NCBI GenBank assembly: GCA_030704615.1
Contig: CM060733.1
Span: 46,934,001-46,998,000, forward strand
Length of the DNA stretch: 64,000 nucleotides
Reading direction: 5' to 3'
DNA from: Takakia lepidozioides
Taxonomy: Eukaryota > Plantae > Bryophyta
Under the pieces are notes generated by a model. That model was not told the DNA's origin. It ran no database searches and was given only the letters and a program-made list of their open reading frames with translations. Below are positions 1 through 11,374 of the stretch, piece by piece (positions within the stretch are counted from its first letter, which is position 1; the number at the start of each line of letters is the position of its first letter). Both the position numbers and the translations under genes were made by a program.

Positions 1-372
1 CAATGCCATCAGCTCCAATAACCAAGGCAGGATGTAGCTGGAACCCTAATATATTCTTGGACTCTCAAAACCCTAGGACTAACCGTACATATCACAATTC
101 AATTGCTAGACACTGAAAATTGAGCCTGAAAACTACACATTACTACTTTGGCTCTCAGAGACACTGGAAAAGCCTCAGCAACCTAAGCGAGTTCTACACC
201 TGGAAGTGACTACTTTTCTAATGTAGACCTTTGCGAACATAACTGCAAAATTGGTCAACTTCATATTGACAGGGCATGCCACTCAAACAGCATCTCAAAA
301 TCATGCATTTCAGGGTTAGGGTTGAGAGTTTCGCTTTTAGGGTTAGAAAGTCATCTCACATGAATGTAGGAA

Positions 373-2946
373 TCAAGAATGGCGTCCAGCCTGCCCACTC
401 ACAAAAGCAGGAGTGCGCATTGGAAGCTGGGCCGCAGATGCATATGGAACCAAACCCACTCCACTTGCAAAAGTTTGGCCACCACCAGGGCGCCCCTTCA
501 ACTTGCTTTGCTGCCATGTTGAACCTGCTTCTCCATGCCCTGGACCTGCCTGGGGCAGGCCATTAAGTAACCCATTGTCATTGCAAAAAGTGGCTGGTTT
601 CCCTTCGACAACTTGCGTGTTCTTGTTAGGTACAAAACCAGAGGCTAGTCCACCCACCAAGGACACATCCTTACTTGTATCAGGGCCTGGCCTTGCATTC
701 CCACCATTGACAAGCTCAACCTCCAAGCCAGATTGTGCTTGTATAGAGAGAGGAGCATGCATGCCCCCAGTCTTGCTCAACCCAGCTTCTAGTCTGTCTA
801 CAGATGTCGACACTCTGTGAGGCAAGTCTACATCCATCACTTCAACTCCTCCATCGGCCTTCAATGCTGCTCCATCAATCATCTGTGCATCTTGAACTGT
901 CGCGGATAAATCCTCTGATTGACATAGATGCATGGAATATTCTCCCTCCATCATTTCACAGCGAATTCTGGCATCTTCGTCGTGCTCTTCTGCAAGGAAA
1001 GCTGTCAAAATACCGTGTTGTTGTTCCCCGACTTCTATCCTCTCTGCACCTAGTTCACTGCTCCTTACATCTTCATCTCCATCCAAAGGCATCACTGTGT
1101 CACTAAGAACAGCAGACTCAAGAATTTCCTGGATATAATCAGGCCTTTTGTTAGGATTGTCGCCACTGCTAGAGATTAGATGTAATGCTGCCCCATCCAA
1201 ACCCTGGTCCTCTGCTTCCAACATAGCATCAAATGGAATGTTTGTGGGATCATGCGGCAGGCAAGTTAAAGGCTCTAGTCTTGGAGAGGACAATGCAACT
1301 GCCTCCACAGATTCAGCTCTTAAAGCCCTAGTTGTGTCCTCAGTAGGGCTGTAAGAAAGTTGAGGAATGGACATCTCCAATGGCTGCTGAGCTCCACTTG
1401 CATCCTCTTCTGTCTTTTTTCCTTCATGCCTCGAAACTCTGGAGTCAAATCGTTTAGCTTCCTTGTGAGTCACTGAGCGCGGTCTTGTCTGTTGCTGCTT
1501 TGGTTGTAGGTGGGGAACATCACTTGGGGAGGCCAAGCCGGTGGACGGCCATGCCCTAGATGCATCCGCACCACTGTTGCTAACCCCGCTTGCTGCCAGC
1601 CCTGGTTTTACTGATGGTTTTCTGCGCATTGGAGTGAAGCTGCGAGTAATCCGCGGAGAACTATTTATAACTCGGTGCAGCTGCCGAGCCAATTGTTCAT
1701 CATCTATAGAAGATGCCCCCTGCCTCAACTGACCTTCATCTTTCTCCACCTTCACCTCCGACTTGCCAGACATCCTCTCTTTGTCGGACTCTGGGTTTAT
1801 AGCAATCTCTAGCTTAGAAGCAGGTATGGCCAATTTAGATTCTGCACTTGCAGCCTTCCTTCGAAGTTCTGCACGGGCCTGCTCCTCAGCCCTAGCTGCA
1901 AGAGAAGCAGCTTCCAGTGCTGCCTTGGCCGCTCTAGCAGCTTTCACTGCAGCAGCAGCTTTGGTGGCCGCATTGGCTTTTGCCATTGCCGCAGCTTTGA
2001 CGGCCAACGCTGCCGCGGCTTTCGCCGCAGCAGCTGCTTCACGTGGTGATACTGGCGCAGAATGGGACTGTGAAGGCGCTCTAGTCATGGGCACGCTGCC
2101 CCCTGATTTAATTGCACAAGTGGCCGTCCCCGCATCCAACCCTATCCTCTCCCTTTCTGCCTTGGAAGCATCCCCAAGATCCGAATCCCCAGGCTTGCTG
2201 CGCTCCCGCATCATACGAGGCTTCTTGATGGAAGGGCTAGAACACTCAGCTGCTGCAGACGACGCACAAGTACCAGCTTCTAGAATGCAATTGACTCCTA
2301 TCCTGCCTGAACATCCTTTGCTTCTGCTTGATGTGCCATTCAAGGGTTCCCTCGGCCTTCTGGACATAGCAACACAATCAGGGCACAAGTAGGATGCGGC
2401 ATCAGGCTTTTGCACCCCCGCCAACTGCTTATCCTCGCACTCTACATGAACGGACCGTTTACAGCGGCAACACCCCAGCCAAATAGCTAGGTCTCCCAAC
2501 AAGCTGGGATCATGATACATGACAAGGCAATAAGGGCAAAACATGTTTTTGTCATAAAGTAGGGCACAAGAATTGCACAGGCGCAGAAACTCGCCCCCTC
2601 GCTTCACTCGCCGCAACACGCCCCCCTCTTGACCATGACAACTCATGCATCCCTCGTCTTGATTCCCCTCAACTGCCACCTCCGACGGGACTTCCTGAGT
2701 TATTCCGGCTTCAGCCGCCCCTCCGCTCTGAACAGTGAACGAAGATGGGGGAGAGACAGCAGCGATGGGAGGAGGTGATGTGGAGAGCCATCCATTCTGC
2801 TTCAGCCCGGCCAGCAATCTCTTCCGAGGAGGGAGGGATCCCCCTCCCATCATGGCTCGCGATCCCACCGCAGCCATGCCGTCTGCCCTGCAACCCTCCC
2901 CCGAATCCCACGAACCTGATCCTCCGCCTCCCTCAGCATCCCCCAT
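373..2946 (-). CDS. PHD-type zinc-finger protein (Cys-rich zinc finger + PHD finger, Ala-rich helix, long disordered C-terminus)
   Basis: Long ORF 373-3024 with first in-frame ATG at 2946. Contains CMSC..LCNSC followed by FCPYC..WLGCCRC...HVEC..YLCPDC (C4-H-C3), an LPPRKRLL motif and DDEQLARQLHRVINSSPRI, as seen in plant PHD-finger proteins. The true 5' end is uncertain (see findings). Confidence 0.8.
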   Translation of the reverse strand: MGDAEGGGGSGSWDSGEGCRADGMAAVGSRAMMGGGSLPPRKRLLAGLKQNGWLSTSPPPIAAVSPPSSFTVQSGGAAEAGITQEVPSEVAVEGNQDEGCMSCHGQEGGVLRRVKRGGEFLRLCNSCALLYDKNMFCPYCLVMYHDPSLLGDLAIWLGCCRCKRSVHVECEDKQLAGVQKPDAASYLCPDCVAMSRRPREPLNGTSSRSKGCSGRIGVNCILEAGTCASSAAAECSSPSIKKPRMMRERSKPGDSDLGDASKAERERIGLDAGTATCAIKSGGSVPMTRAPSQSHSAPVSPREAAAAAKAAAALAVKAAAMAKANAATKAAAAVKAARAAKAALEAASLAARAEEQARAELRRKAASAESKLAIPASKLEIAINPESDKERMSGKSEVKVEKDEGQLRQGASSIDDEQLARQLHRVINSSPRITRSFTPMRRKPSVKPGLAASGVSNSGADASRAWPSTGLASPSDVPHLQPKQQQTRPRSVTHKEAKRFDSRVSRHEGKKTEEDASGAQQPLEMSIPQLSYSPTEDTTRALRAESVEAVALSSPRLEPLTCLPHDPTNIPFDAMLEAEDQGLDGAALHLISSSGDNPNKRPDYIQEILESAVLSDTVMPLDGDEDVRSSELGAERIEVGEQQHGILTAFLAEEHDEDARIRCEMMEGEYSMHLCQSEDLSATVQDAQMIDGAALKADGGVEVMDVDLPHRVSTSVDRLEAGLSKTGGMHAPLSIQAQSGLEVELVNGGNARPGPDTSKDVSLVGGLASGFVPNKNTQVVEGKPATFCNDNGLLNGLPQAGPGHGEAGSTWQQSKLKGRPGGGQTFASGVGLVPYASAAQLPMRTPAFVSGQAGRHS

Positions 2947-3893
2947 CGATCTTACCGTCTCCCTCGCACGGCAGGAGTCATTCAAACCCCCGCCATTCCC
3001 TTCCTCCCTCAATCTCCCCTTCAACCCCTTGCCAATTCAAGCAATTCGTCGGCCATGGCATCGATCTGCGAGCTCCAGCTGATGATGCAGGGGTTGCAGG
3101 CAGCGCCACAAGAACCCTAAGCAACCGAGAGAGACACAGTCTACCTACCCGCCCGCCTTGCCCCAGTCCGTTCTGCCACGCGGAGGCTTCCCATTGTGCA
3201 CCACGCTGGGACCAGCTTCTCTTGCGTGGCAGCCAATGGAAGGACTCCACGTCATCGAAATGTTTACTCCTCTCTCGGCGGAGCATCATTCTTGGCTTGC
3301 CACGATCATCCAAATCAATATCATTTTGTTTTGTTTTTGCTTTTGCTTTTGCAGAAATCATTTTTTAAATAATTTGGTTTTTCAAAAAATGATTTATTTC
3401 CTTGCTACGTGGGAATTCTGGTCTGTCAAGTCCGTGTTTTACCAAAAAGGAAAATTCGGCAGCTCGTCATTCTCGTTTGGGCTTACTTGTTCTTCTACTG
3501 CCCGATTCCACCGCCCCGCTCTCGCTGCCGTTTGGAACCATAATCCAACATGCTCGCTCTTACCTTCTAGCTACCAACAATCTTCTTCCCTGTCTAGCAC
3601 CTTGTGAAGCCTCAAAACGAGCCTGAAGCATATACTCCCTTCCTCTCAAGAAACAAGTTTTCACAACAAAGGGGCGAGCGGAAAGAGCAGGCAATGGAGG
3701 ATCAAGGAGGCGGATCTGACACAGGAGCTCTCATCCAAAGTTTGTACACCAAAATCACATATACACTAACACCCGAATACACCCCGCCCTGACCTTGTGT
3801 GTCCGCCTTGGAGCTTGACCTTCTGATCAGGTTAACCAGGTCACGGTAACCTGCTATCGCAGGTATGTGAGAACTTAATGCATCACCCCAAGG

Positions 3894-4167
3894 CAAGAGT
3901 TTTTTTTTGGAAATTTGGAAAATAGCACGAGTGGCTACTGAATTTTGCAGGAAATTGCCATATATTATGTTCATCCATTGGAATTTGTATAGAATCATCT
4001 TTCTATGTACATTCGTCCATTGACATCATCCATATTTGGCAGATTCATCCACAATTTATTTTTTATTTGGAGAAGTTTGGCGATTTCATCCATGAAAAAC
4101 CAGGGAATATTCCATTTTGTTTTTTTGAGTCGGAATTTGGCGATTATTTGCCACTAAAAGAAGGCTT
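3894..4167. mobile_element. hAT-type MITE, copy 1
   Basis: Flanked by an 8-bp direct repeat CCCCAAGG (3886-3893 and 4168-4175). Aligns along its length with 24304-24559 and carries repeated TTCATCCAT motifs. Confidence 0.75.
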
Positions 4168-5364
4168 CCCCAAGGTGAAGTGAGTGAGGGGTGAGTTGTT
4201 GGAACTTGGAAGAATGGGAATGGGTTCACATGGAAAGGTTACCTAAGAACCACACACTCTACATGAATGGGAAAATGGATCATGGAAAGCCGGCCGGGTC
4301 CTAGGTTTCTAGGTTTAAGGTTGGGCACGATTGCCCGCCAAGGGTGTTTAGTAGCCCGAAGCTCGCAGCCCAAAAATCCTGGACCGCCCACGGGCAGAAG
4401 AGGGAATTCCTCCATTCTTATATCGGTGTAAGCACCCTAGGTCACTTACACAAATCCGCCACGGCCGGGGTTACCATTCATGTGAATTAAGACGACAAAG
4501 AGAATTTTCGACCTGCGCTTTGGTAGGTAATGAAACGCAGCTTCAAATTTCATCATGTATTTTTCTTAAGGCCGGTAGAGTTTTAATTCCAACTTTGCTC
4601 TTGAAAGTCAAACCACGGTTCTTATTTTGGGTCTGAAGTTAGGACAAAAATGTCGTTCTAAGCTATGTTGGTTGTTACCCATTATAGCCATCCCAATTGT
4701 AAGGGTAGTTGGGTCAGTTGTCAAATAATATGTGGGTACCTATGAACTTTCAAGTTTGGGTAGCATGCTCGCGAGCAGGAAAGAATATTTTGTGTAGGTA
4801 TTCTCAAGATACCCAAAGGAGATGTCACAGCGAATACGATATCTCATTATAGGCCTGAGAGAGGGTGGTGGTGAGATGAGTCCTGGAGACAGCCCCAACT
4901 AACTTAGGATACAATCAAATGAACATGAAGAGAGGCCCAACTAGACTTAGGGTTAGAGGTTTCCTTTTTATTTCTGTTTATTTTCGCCAACGAAACTTGT
5001 GGCTGTGAATTTTTGTTTCAGGTATATCTCCGATGGCTATTGCATTTGGAGTTTCGCCTGAGAAACCCAAATAAGGCTGCAAAAACAATGAGGTCTCCTT
5101 GCACATGAAAGAGAAGTTGAGGTACTTAGTGAAATGTGGGCATAACAATCACATCCACACAGGTTATAGAAACAAGTTGCACAATGAACTTAAGTCTTAC
5201 TCTATCATAATAGAATATCCATGTCATAAATTGATAGTGGAAACCATTTGCAGAGCTAATGTACAAATCGTATGCAATCATAGCCGCCTACCGCAATTGG
5301 AAATGGACAATATGAACAATAAGACATGATTTGAATAGTTTACAGAACATAAAGTTGCATAATT

Positions 5365-5395
<31 letters not shown>

Positions 5396-5830
5396 CCAGA
5401 AAGGGGACGGAGCCCTTTTTCACAAACTAATTTAAAAATGAAGGTCACATGAGGTGGAAAAATAACCAGCTAAGGAGGCCGTGAGGGCTAACCGAGGGAT
5501 AACAACCCCGTAACGTAAGCAAACAAGCTATAAGCAGAAAACAAGCAGAGAGGATGGAGACAAAGTGTGTCTTGGGAGCACCCCTCGGAGGAGAGCGCCA
5601 GGTAGCATTTGAAGAAGCCTAAAATATGGGTTTTGCCTAAGCAGATGAGGGTCTGGAACTAACCCAGAGAGAGAGAGAGCATCGTTCTACTGGCTAGTAA
5701 GTCGCTTACGCAGGCTGCGAGATCGATATCCCAAGACAGAGAAGCAAATATAAGCAACTAAACCAGACCAAAAGATCCTCGTAAGAAGGCTAGTGAAGTA
5801 CGCTTGTAAGAGCTAAAAATGAAGTTGTCT
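5365..5830 (-). repeat. Retroposon 3'-end remnant (family with GGACGGAGCCC motif), copy 1
   Basis: T-rich run followed by AAAGGGGACGGAGCCC...AAAAATAACC. The same motif occurs at 20158-20210 and at 24288-24303/24560-24606. Reads as a 3' UTR plus A-rich tail on the minus strand. The 5830 boundary is approximate. Confidence 0.45.
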
Positions 5831-5999
5831 CCTAAATTTTGTTGCACAAGCTTTCTTATGAGGGTAGCTACCGTGTAAGCAGCTCGCGTGAGTACGCTCA
5901 CGCTTTGCACACTAATCGTGAGCAAAGTCCATTAAGCATGAGCACATGGTAAGCATGAGCAGATTAGAAAAACGGAGCCTACAGCCGAGGTAATACAGG

Positions 6000-8900
6000 G
6001 CCTATTGTCATGGACACAAGTCGTGGACACAAACACTTCTGAATGGAAATTCACGTAGGCGCCGAGGGACCAAAGATGTCGTGCTCCATGCATGGGATGA
6101 ATATGTGATGAAAAACAAAGAAGCATGGATGAATGAAAGAAGTGAAGGGATGAATGTGAAATGAAAATCTGCACTGATTAATGGAGCATGGATGGACTGA
6201 AATACGAGTGATTGTGCGATAAACACGGCAAATTCTAAACCCAGGGAAACACTAACCACACACACTGATTCTGCAACCCAAACTCCAAACCGCCAAGGCA
6301 AACCATAAGCCTAAAACCCAAGCCCGCACCGATGAACCCCAAACCCCAAAGTGATTCAAACTAACTAGCTCATACTTTAGCTGTTACAAACACATTTTTT
6401 CAGTGTCACTACTCACACTGAAGAAACAGGGGGAAACCAAATAACAGTAAGAGCACAAAGCTTTCCAATGAAACTGCCTTTATAGTACACACTGCCAGTT
6501 TAGGCAAACAAGATTTATGACAGGCCAGGCATATAAGTCAGTGCCAACTGTAGATATGCGGACCTATCTTCCTGCTTCACATTATGACCTATCATGTGTG
6601 TCTATTAACTAGCAACAAACAATTCCACATGATTCAGCTCAACTTAATAGTTCAAGATAAATGATACATTCTGGTCATTGCAGTTGAAGTAAGACTTGTA
6701 TTGAGGATGGTAAGACTGAGCCATATCTTGTTTTAGATAGACTATAACGTTGGACCTTCACTCCCTACCCTGAGGTGGTACTTATCTGCCACAAAGTTTG
6801 TTCTGCATTGTTTTTCCTTAGTTCTTTGTTCGCGTGGCAAACTCACATTGAAAAATGAATCCCACGCGTCACTGAACGAATTCCAGCTTTCCTGGAAACC
6901 CGCCCATGAGATTGCATGGGAATTAATCTACAGATTTCAGAATACTAGTGAGTTTCCAAGACCTAAATTTTTTCCACTTCTCTCTCTTCTTTTGCTATTT
7001 TTCATTTCTTTAGTTGCAGCTTGTATTAAAGCCATGAAGCCATGAAAGACCATAAAGTAATGACTGCAGGCACTCTGAAGAAGAAGATAAGGAGTGAAAC
7101 AAGCACACATTCCCAAACTTCAGATCGTTAGTACATGTTCAGACACAGCTTTGCAGCTGTCACATGACCCTACCAGTTTCCTAACAATGCAGCACAGCAA
7201 GATACAGCCTGCATTTGTCAGTCACCAGAGAATTACGAAAATCTACCTGTGTTAGACGGTTTTGCATCCCAGAAAACAAGGATGCCAGACTGATCTGACA
7301 CAGTTTCTGCACGGAATGTGAGCCTTTAAAGGATGATGACTAATATGTAGATGTCCATGCTTGTCATGTGGACCCAAGACTGTTGAGGGCCATTAGTCAG
7401 CATGGTGCTCAGAGAATTTGTGGTGAAGCACTGTGGAGATCTAGATGGGAATGTGATGTAACATTGACATATTAGACCAGCATAACTGTTTAGTCTCCGC
7501 TACAACACGAATTCCAACATACTTGAAGGTAGAAACCAGAAACGCTACAACAGATGATCTGGTACGAGCTCTAACCCCGAGAGTCCTGTCAGCGCTGAAA
7601 AGTCAAATGGACTGGTTAATCATCATCCTCAGTCCCAGGAGCTGCATCACTGCGAGCTACAGTGGCAGGAGCCTTCTCTTCCTCTGCCAGGGCTACCACC
7701 TTGCTTTCATCCTCTTTCCCTGCACGCCAGCTACAATCAACGCACAATCATAAATCCACTTGCAAAGTTTGGATACAATTCCATTGAATGCACCAAGCAC
7801 ACACCCTCGTGTCCGGGACCTAACCTTCAGTTTGACAATCAAGGAAAGAAAATTGGGGGATTATGGACCTGCTTCTAGGTGTTGTCATGAGCCCTTGATT
7901 AGCTCATATCAACACCACTTGTAAGGGTTTCCAAAGATAATCTCCGACAGGAATCAGGTGAACCCTGGTAGTGCAGGACCAAAAACACCATACCTCTTCA
8001 CATCTAAACTCCATCAACCCTGTCTTGCATCAACCAAATTGAAAGAGCTCTGAATCACCAACCATGGGCCTCAAGGAGAACATAGGACCGCAGTGTTGGA
8101 CACCACTCCTCAGTCAGGGGTTCAATACTAGCTAATGAGAATGACACCCAGTTTACACTCACCAAGTCTCTTCATATGGCCCATTCCAGAAAACTGATCA
8201 ACCTAGGCTTTTCCAGAAGAGACTTGAGTTTTCTTCCCCTACCGACCAAGGACCAAGCCGCCCATTCTAGGTAAGGTGAAACCAACTAAGAATCTAGAGG
8301 AACATCGGACTCATGATCGGATAGACTGACATAGCCAGTTCAACAGGGACATGACATATCCAAAGAGTTCTTCACAACGGGAAGGAGAGAGAGGAAGTGA
8401 TACAGACGACTAGACGTGCTGCAGCCACCAACAGGAAATGATCGCAGTTTTTTTTTGAAGCCGGTAACAAACCTCTATCAAAACATACTGGCTCTTTCAG
8501 AATTAAGAAGAAGAAATGTGCACATGCTTCATCCACCTTGTCAACTACCTGCCAAAATCTTCTCACGCATTGCCTAGCTTCTCTAGGACAAACAGATTCA
8601 CTCCTGCGCCTCTAAGAGAATCCAAGGAGACATGCCTACGGCGACGCCCCCGCAGCAACCAAGCGATGACTGTAACACTCTCAAACCCTTCGCTCTTACA
8701 ATTCCAATGTTATCCAGAACACGAACATCCCGCAGCTGCTTGAGCCAGCACTCATCTTTTCTGCAAGCTGCGATGAAATCCTCCGAAAATTGGCAAACAC
8801 AAATGCCAACAACATCCAGCCGTTTTCCAATCCCCTCTCGTCCACACACACAGCTACAGATCTCAAAACAAAACGCACAACACCCCGACGAGCACACTTA

Positions 8901-9100
8901 CCGGCAGGCGCGGCCACGGCGATCGCACAGCAGCAGGAATCCGTGGTAGCACAGCAGCTACAAGCCTGTGTGACGCAGTGCAACAAGGCTTCCTCGCCCG
9001 TGCCCCTCTGTCTGTCTCTGCCCTTCCTCCTTCCACACCCTTGTTGCCTTTCCAGGCCACCCTGCGCACTTTTGATAAGGACACACCACCCCTGCACTCC
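6000..9100 (-). other. Putative spliced transcript with no long ORF (lncRNA or microprotein gene)
   Basis: Ordered minus-strand splice signals: donors GTAAGT 8901, GTGAAT 8601, GTGAGT 8162, GTATGG 7993, GTCCAT 7868, GTATGT 7522; YAG acceptors before 8760, 8418, 7730 and 6380. Outer boundaries are approximate. Confidence 0.4.
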
Positions 9101-9812
9101 TGTTCGTGGATACAGGCTTCTGTTCGCTATTCATCGTTCGATCTCTTCTCAGTTTTCTGTTTTCTCTACCGTTCGTTTAAAGATGATTTACAGCCGAGAT
9201 TGGACGTTGACGTGGGTAATATGATGAGAAGCGCCAATCACAGCACGGAACACTACACACACAGCGACATGTGGTATGCGGCTTCCTTCTATCCATGAGT
9301 TGTTTGTCTTACCCCGCGTGTGACAACTGGACGATCCGACGGTCACTATCATGTGAGTGCATGGATGTCGCCACCGTATTGTCATTCGTGTACACAGCCG
9401 CATTTTGTTTGGATGACAAAAGTTGGAGGTTGACAGAGTCAATTATGCAATCTGTTGTTTTATTAGTAATATTACCTGCATGAAGGTTGGTACAAGTAGC
9501 ACCAGTCGACATGCTTCACTAAGCATGTTTGAAATCGAATAAACTATACAGAGGTATTACAAGTGGCGTTCTCTGTACGGAGGCAATGTATGCGTTGCGA
9601 ATCTATGTATCGAATGCACGTACTTCACGATTCTACCATCCGAAGTATTACCCATAGGGAGGTAATGTCTGCAAGAGATCATACAGAGTCGTGATAAGTT
9701 TTGCATTGCAGCCCAGTTTACATAGTTGCAAAGAAAGAGAGAGATGATCTCTTCACAGGATGCTTGGTGACAGTAATGCACGGTCTTTCCAGGATGATAT
9801 GCGCGTTACAGG

Positions 9813-11374
9813 TCACAGCCCATATCTCCAGCCCGATCGATAATCGCCGTGGCTGCTCTTGTCCATTTCAGCAAGAAACCTGGGACCTAGCAACTCCACA
9901 ATTTTGGAGTTCTTCAAAGGGCCTGAATTCGTGCCTTTGAAGCCTGGAATGGCATCTACCAGAGCAATCGTGGTTGCAACGGCTTCCTCGTCATCTCCAA
10001 CTACAAAAACATGGAATGGATTTTGCACGCTGGGAAGATCCTCCAAGAGTTTCTGCACAGAAAATGACGCCATGGCAGATCATGAGGAGAAAAATCTATA
10101 TGTCGATCACTTACATTTGAGTGATATCCAAGCAAGCAAAGACTCCGAACGATACGTATCACATCGAAGATATGACCTAAGGAGTCCAGTAGATGTTGGG
10201 AGTTGAGAGTGAGCTCCAAACAACTCTTCACTCAACACCTGGTCAAAAAAATTCGCCGAATTAAGTGGTTACAAATTTACATACCCAAAAGGTAGACTTG
10301 AAGGCAGTGGTCCAGCGGGCAGGGACTCCCAATGCTTTTTGGTTGAGAAGTGGCGCTGACACCTGCCCCCACTGGCTCTCATCCAGCAAGTGCATCACAT
10401 TGGTGACATCCACGATAATCTTGCCCTCCAATTCCTTTGCAAGGGACTTCAACAGCTCTTCCCTTTCATCCAGTGGACCCTGTCCACATTCCAGCAAAAC
10501 TCTTTAAATAGGTCTAAGGATCCCGTCCAAGTAATAACAGTTACCTCTCGCTCGTCTACAGACGATTCCATCTATGGACAAACAATTTCCATCGAAAGAT
10601 CATATGAATAAAATTATGACGGTTTTGGTTAAACAGCAGAATGGCTTCTAGACGGTGAGGTTACTATCTCCGAAATCTAGCACCTTTTGCAATCCCTCTA
10701 CAAACCATGCCCATCTGTGCTCTATACGGTCGATCTCAGTCCCATATGAGTACAAACGTGGGCCAAATATCAATGTTGGAAGACCTGTGATCGCAATGTT
10801 CGACAGCAAAAGACAACTTTCAGGACACTTTGGACGTACAACTTAAATATTCGCAATTGGAGTAAAGCCACCGATTTGTACTCTTAGACGTGCAATTCAT
10901 CCCCTGTATCTGCACTCAGGGTAAATTGGAATGGAATTTCCCAGAGACGGCATTGTCCCGGAATTCCAAAGAGCTGCGAGGAGGCATATCGAGTACGTCG
11001 TCGAGCTCGCCCAATCACAAAGTACCAGAGCTACCTTCAAAAGTGCTCTTTATAGGATCGGCTCCACACCATACCGAGCACCATACCATCTTGCAAAACA
11101 AAACTCAGATAGGAGTGGGGGCAAGGCATACCGCAGGGGTCCAGAAGATGACGTCGCCAGCTGCAGCAGCCTCCTGGTTGGAGCCCCCCTTCACAGACGC
11201 CGATTGTGCAACTTTAGAAACATCCTCAGCAGTTTTTCTTCCTTTCTCAGCTTCACGAGATCCGACAAAGACAGAAATGCCAGCCTTTGCCAAATGACCT
11301 GCCAGCAGTTTGCCCATTCTGCCGGTTCCTGGAACAAATGCAACCGTCACTTTCTTCAGGTCCAGTGCGGCCAT
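9813..11374 (-). CDS. NADP(H)-binding Rossmann oxidoreductase, F420-dependent NADP reductase (Fno/NpdG)-like, 3 exons, about 225 aa
   Basis: Exons 11374-11132, 10479-10285 and 10052-9813 join in frame through GT-AG introns. Motifs: PGTGRMG (GxGxxG), VFVGSREAEKG (NADP 2'-phosphate), GKIIVDVTN, FVVGDDEEA, PGFKGTNSGPLKNSKIVELLGP. Confidence 0.8.

Noticed and set aside
312-346. TTAGGG/TTTAGGG-like units
   Set aside because: Only two or three scattered units; not a telomeric array.
413-3368. Many + strand ORFs of 100-209 aa overlapping the PHD gene
   Set aside because: Antisense shadows of a GC-rich, Ala/Ser-rich coding strand, with no recognisable motifs.
7585-7632. Box C/D-like ATGATGA...CTGA on the minus strand
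   Set aside because: No terminal stem and no recognisable rRNA guide; ATGATGA is explained by Asp-Asp-Asp codons.
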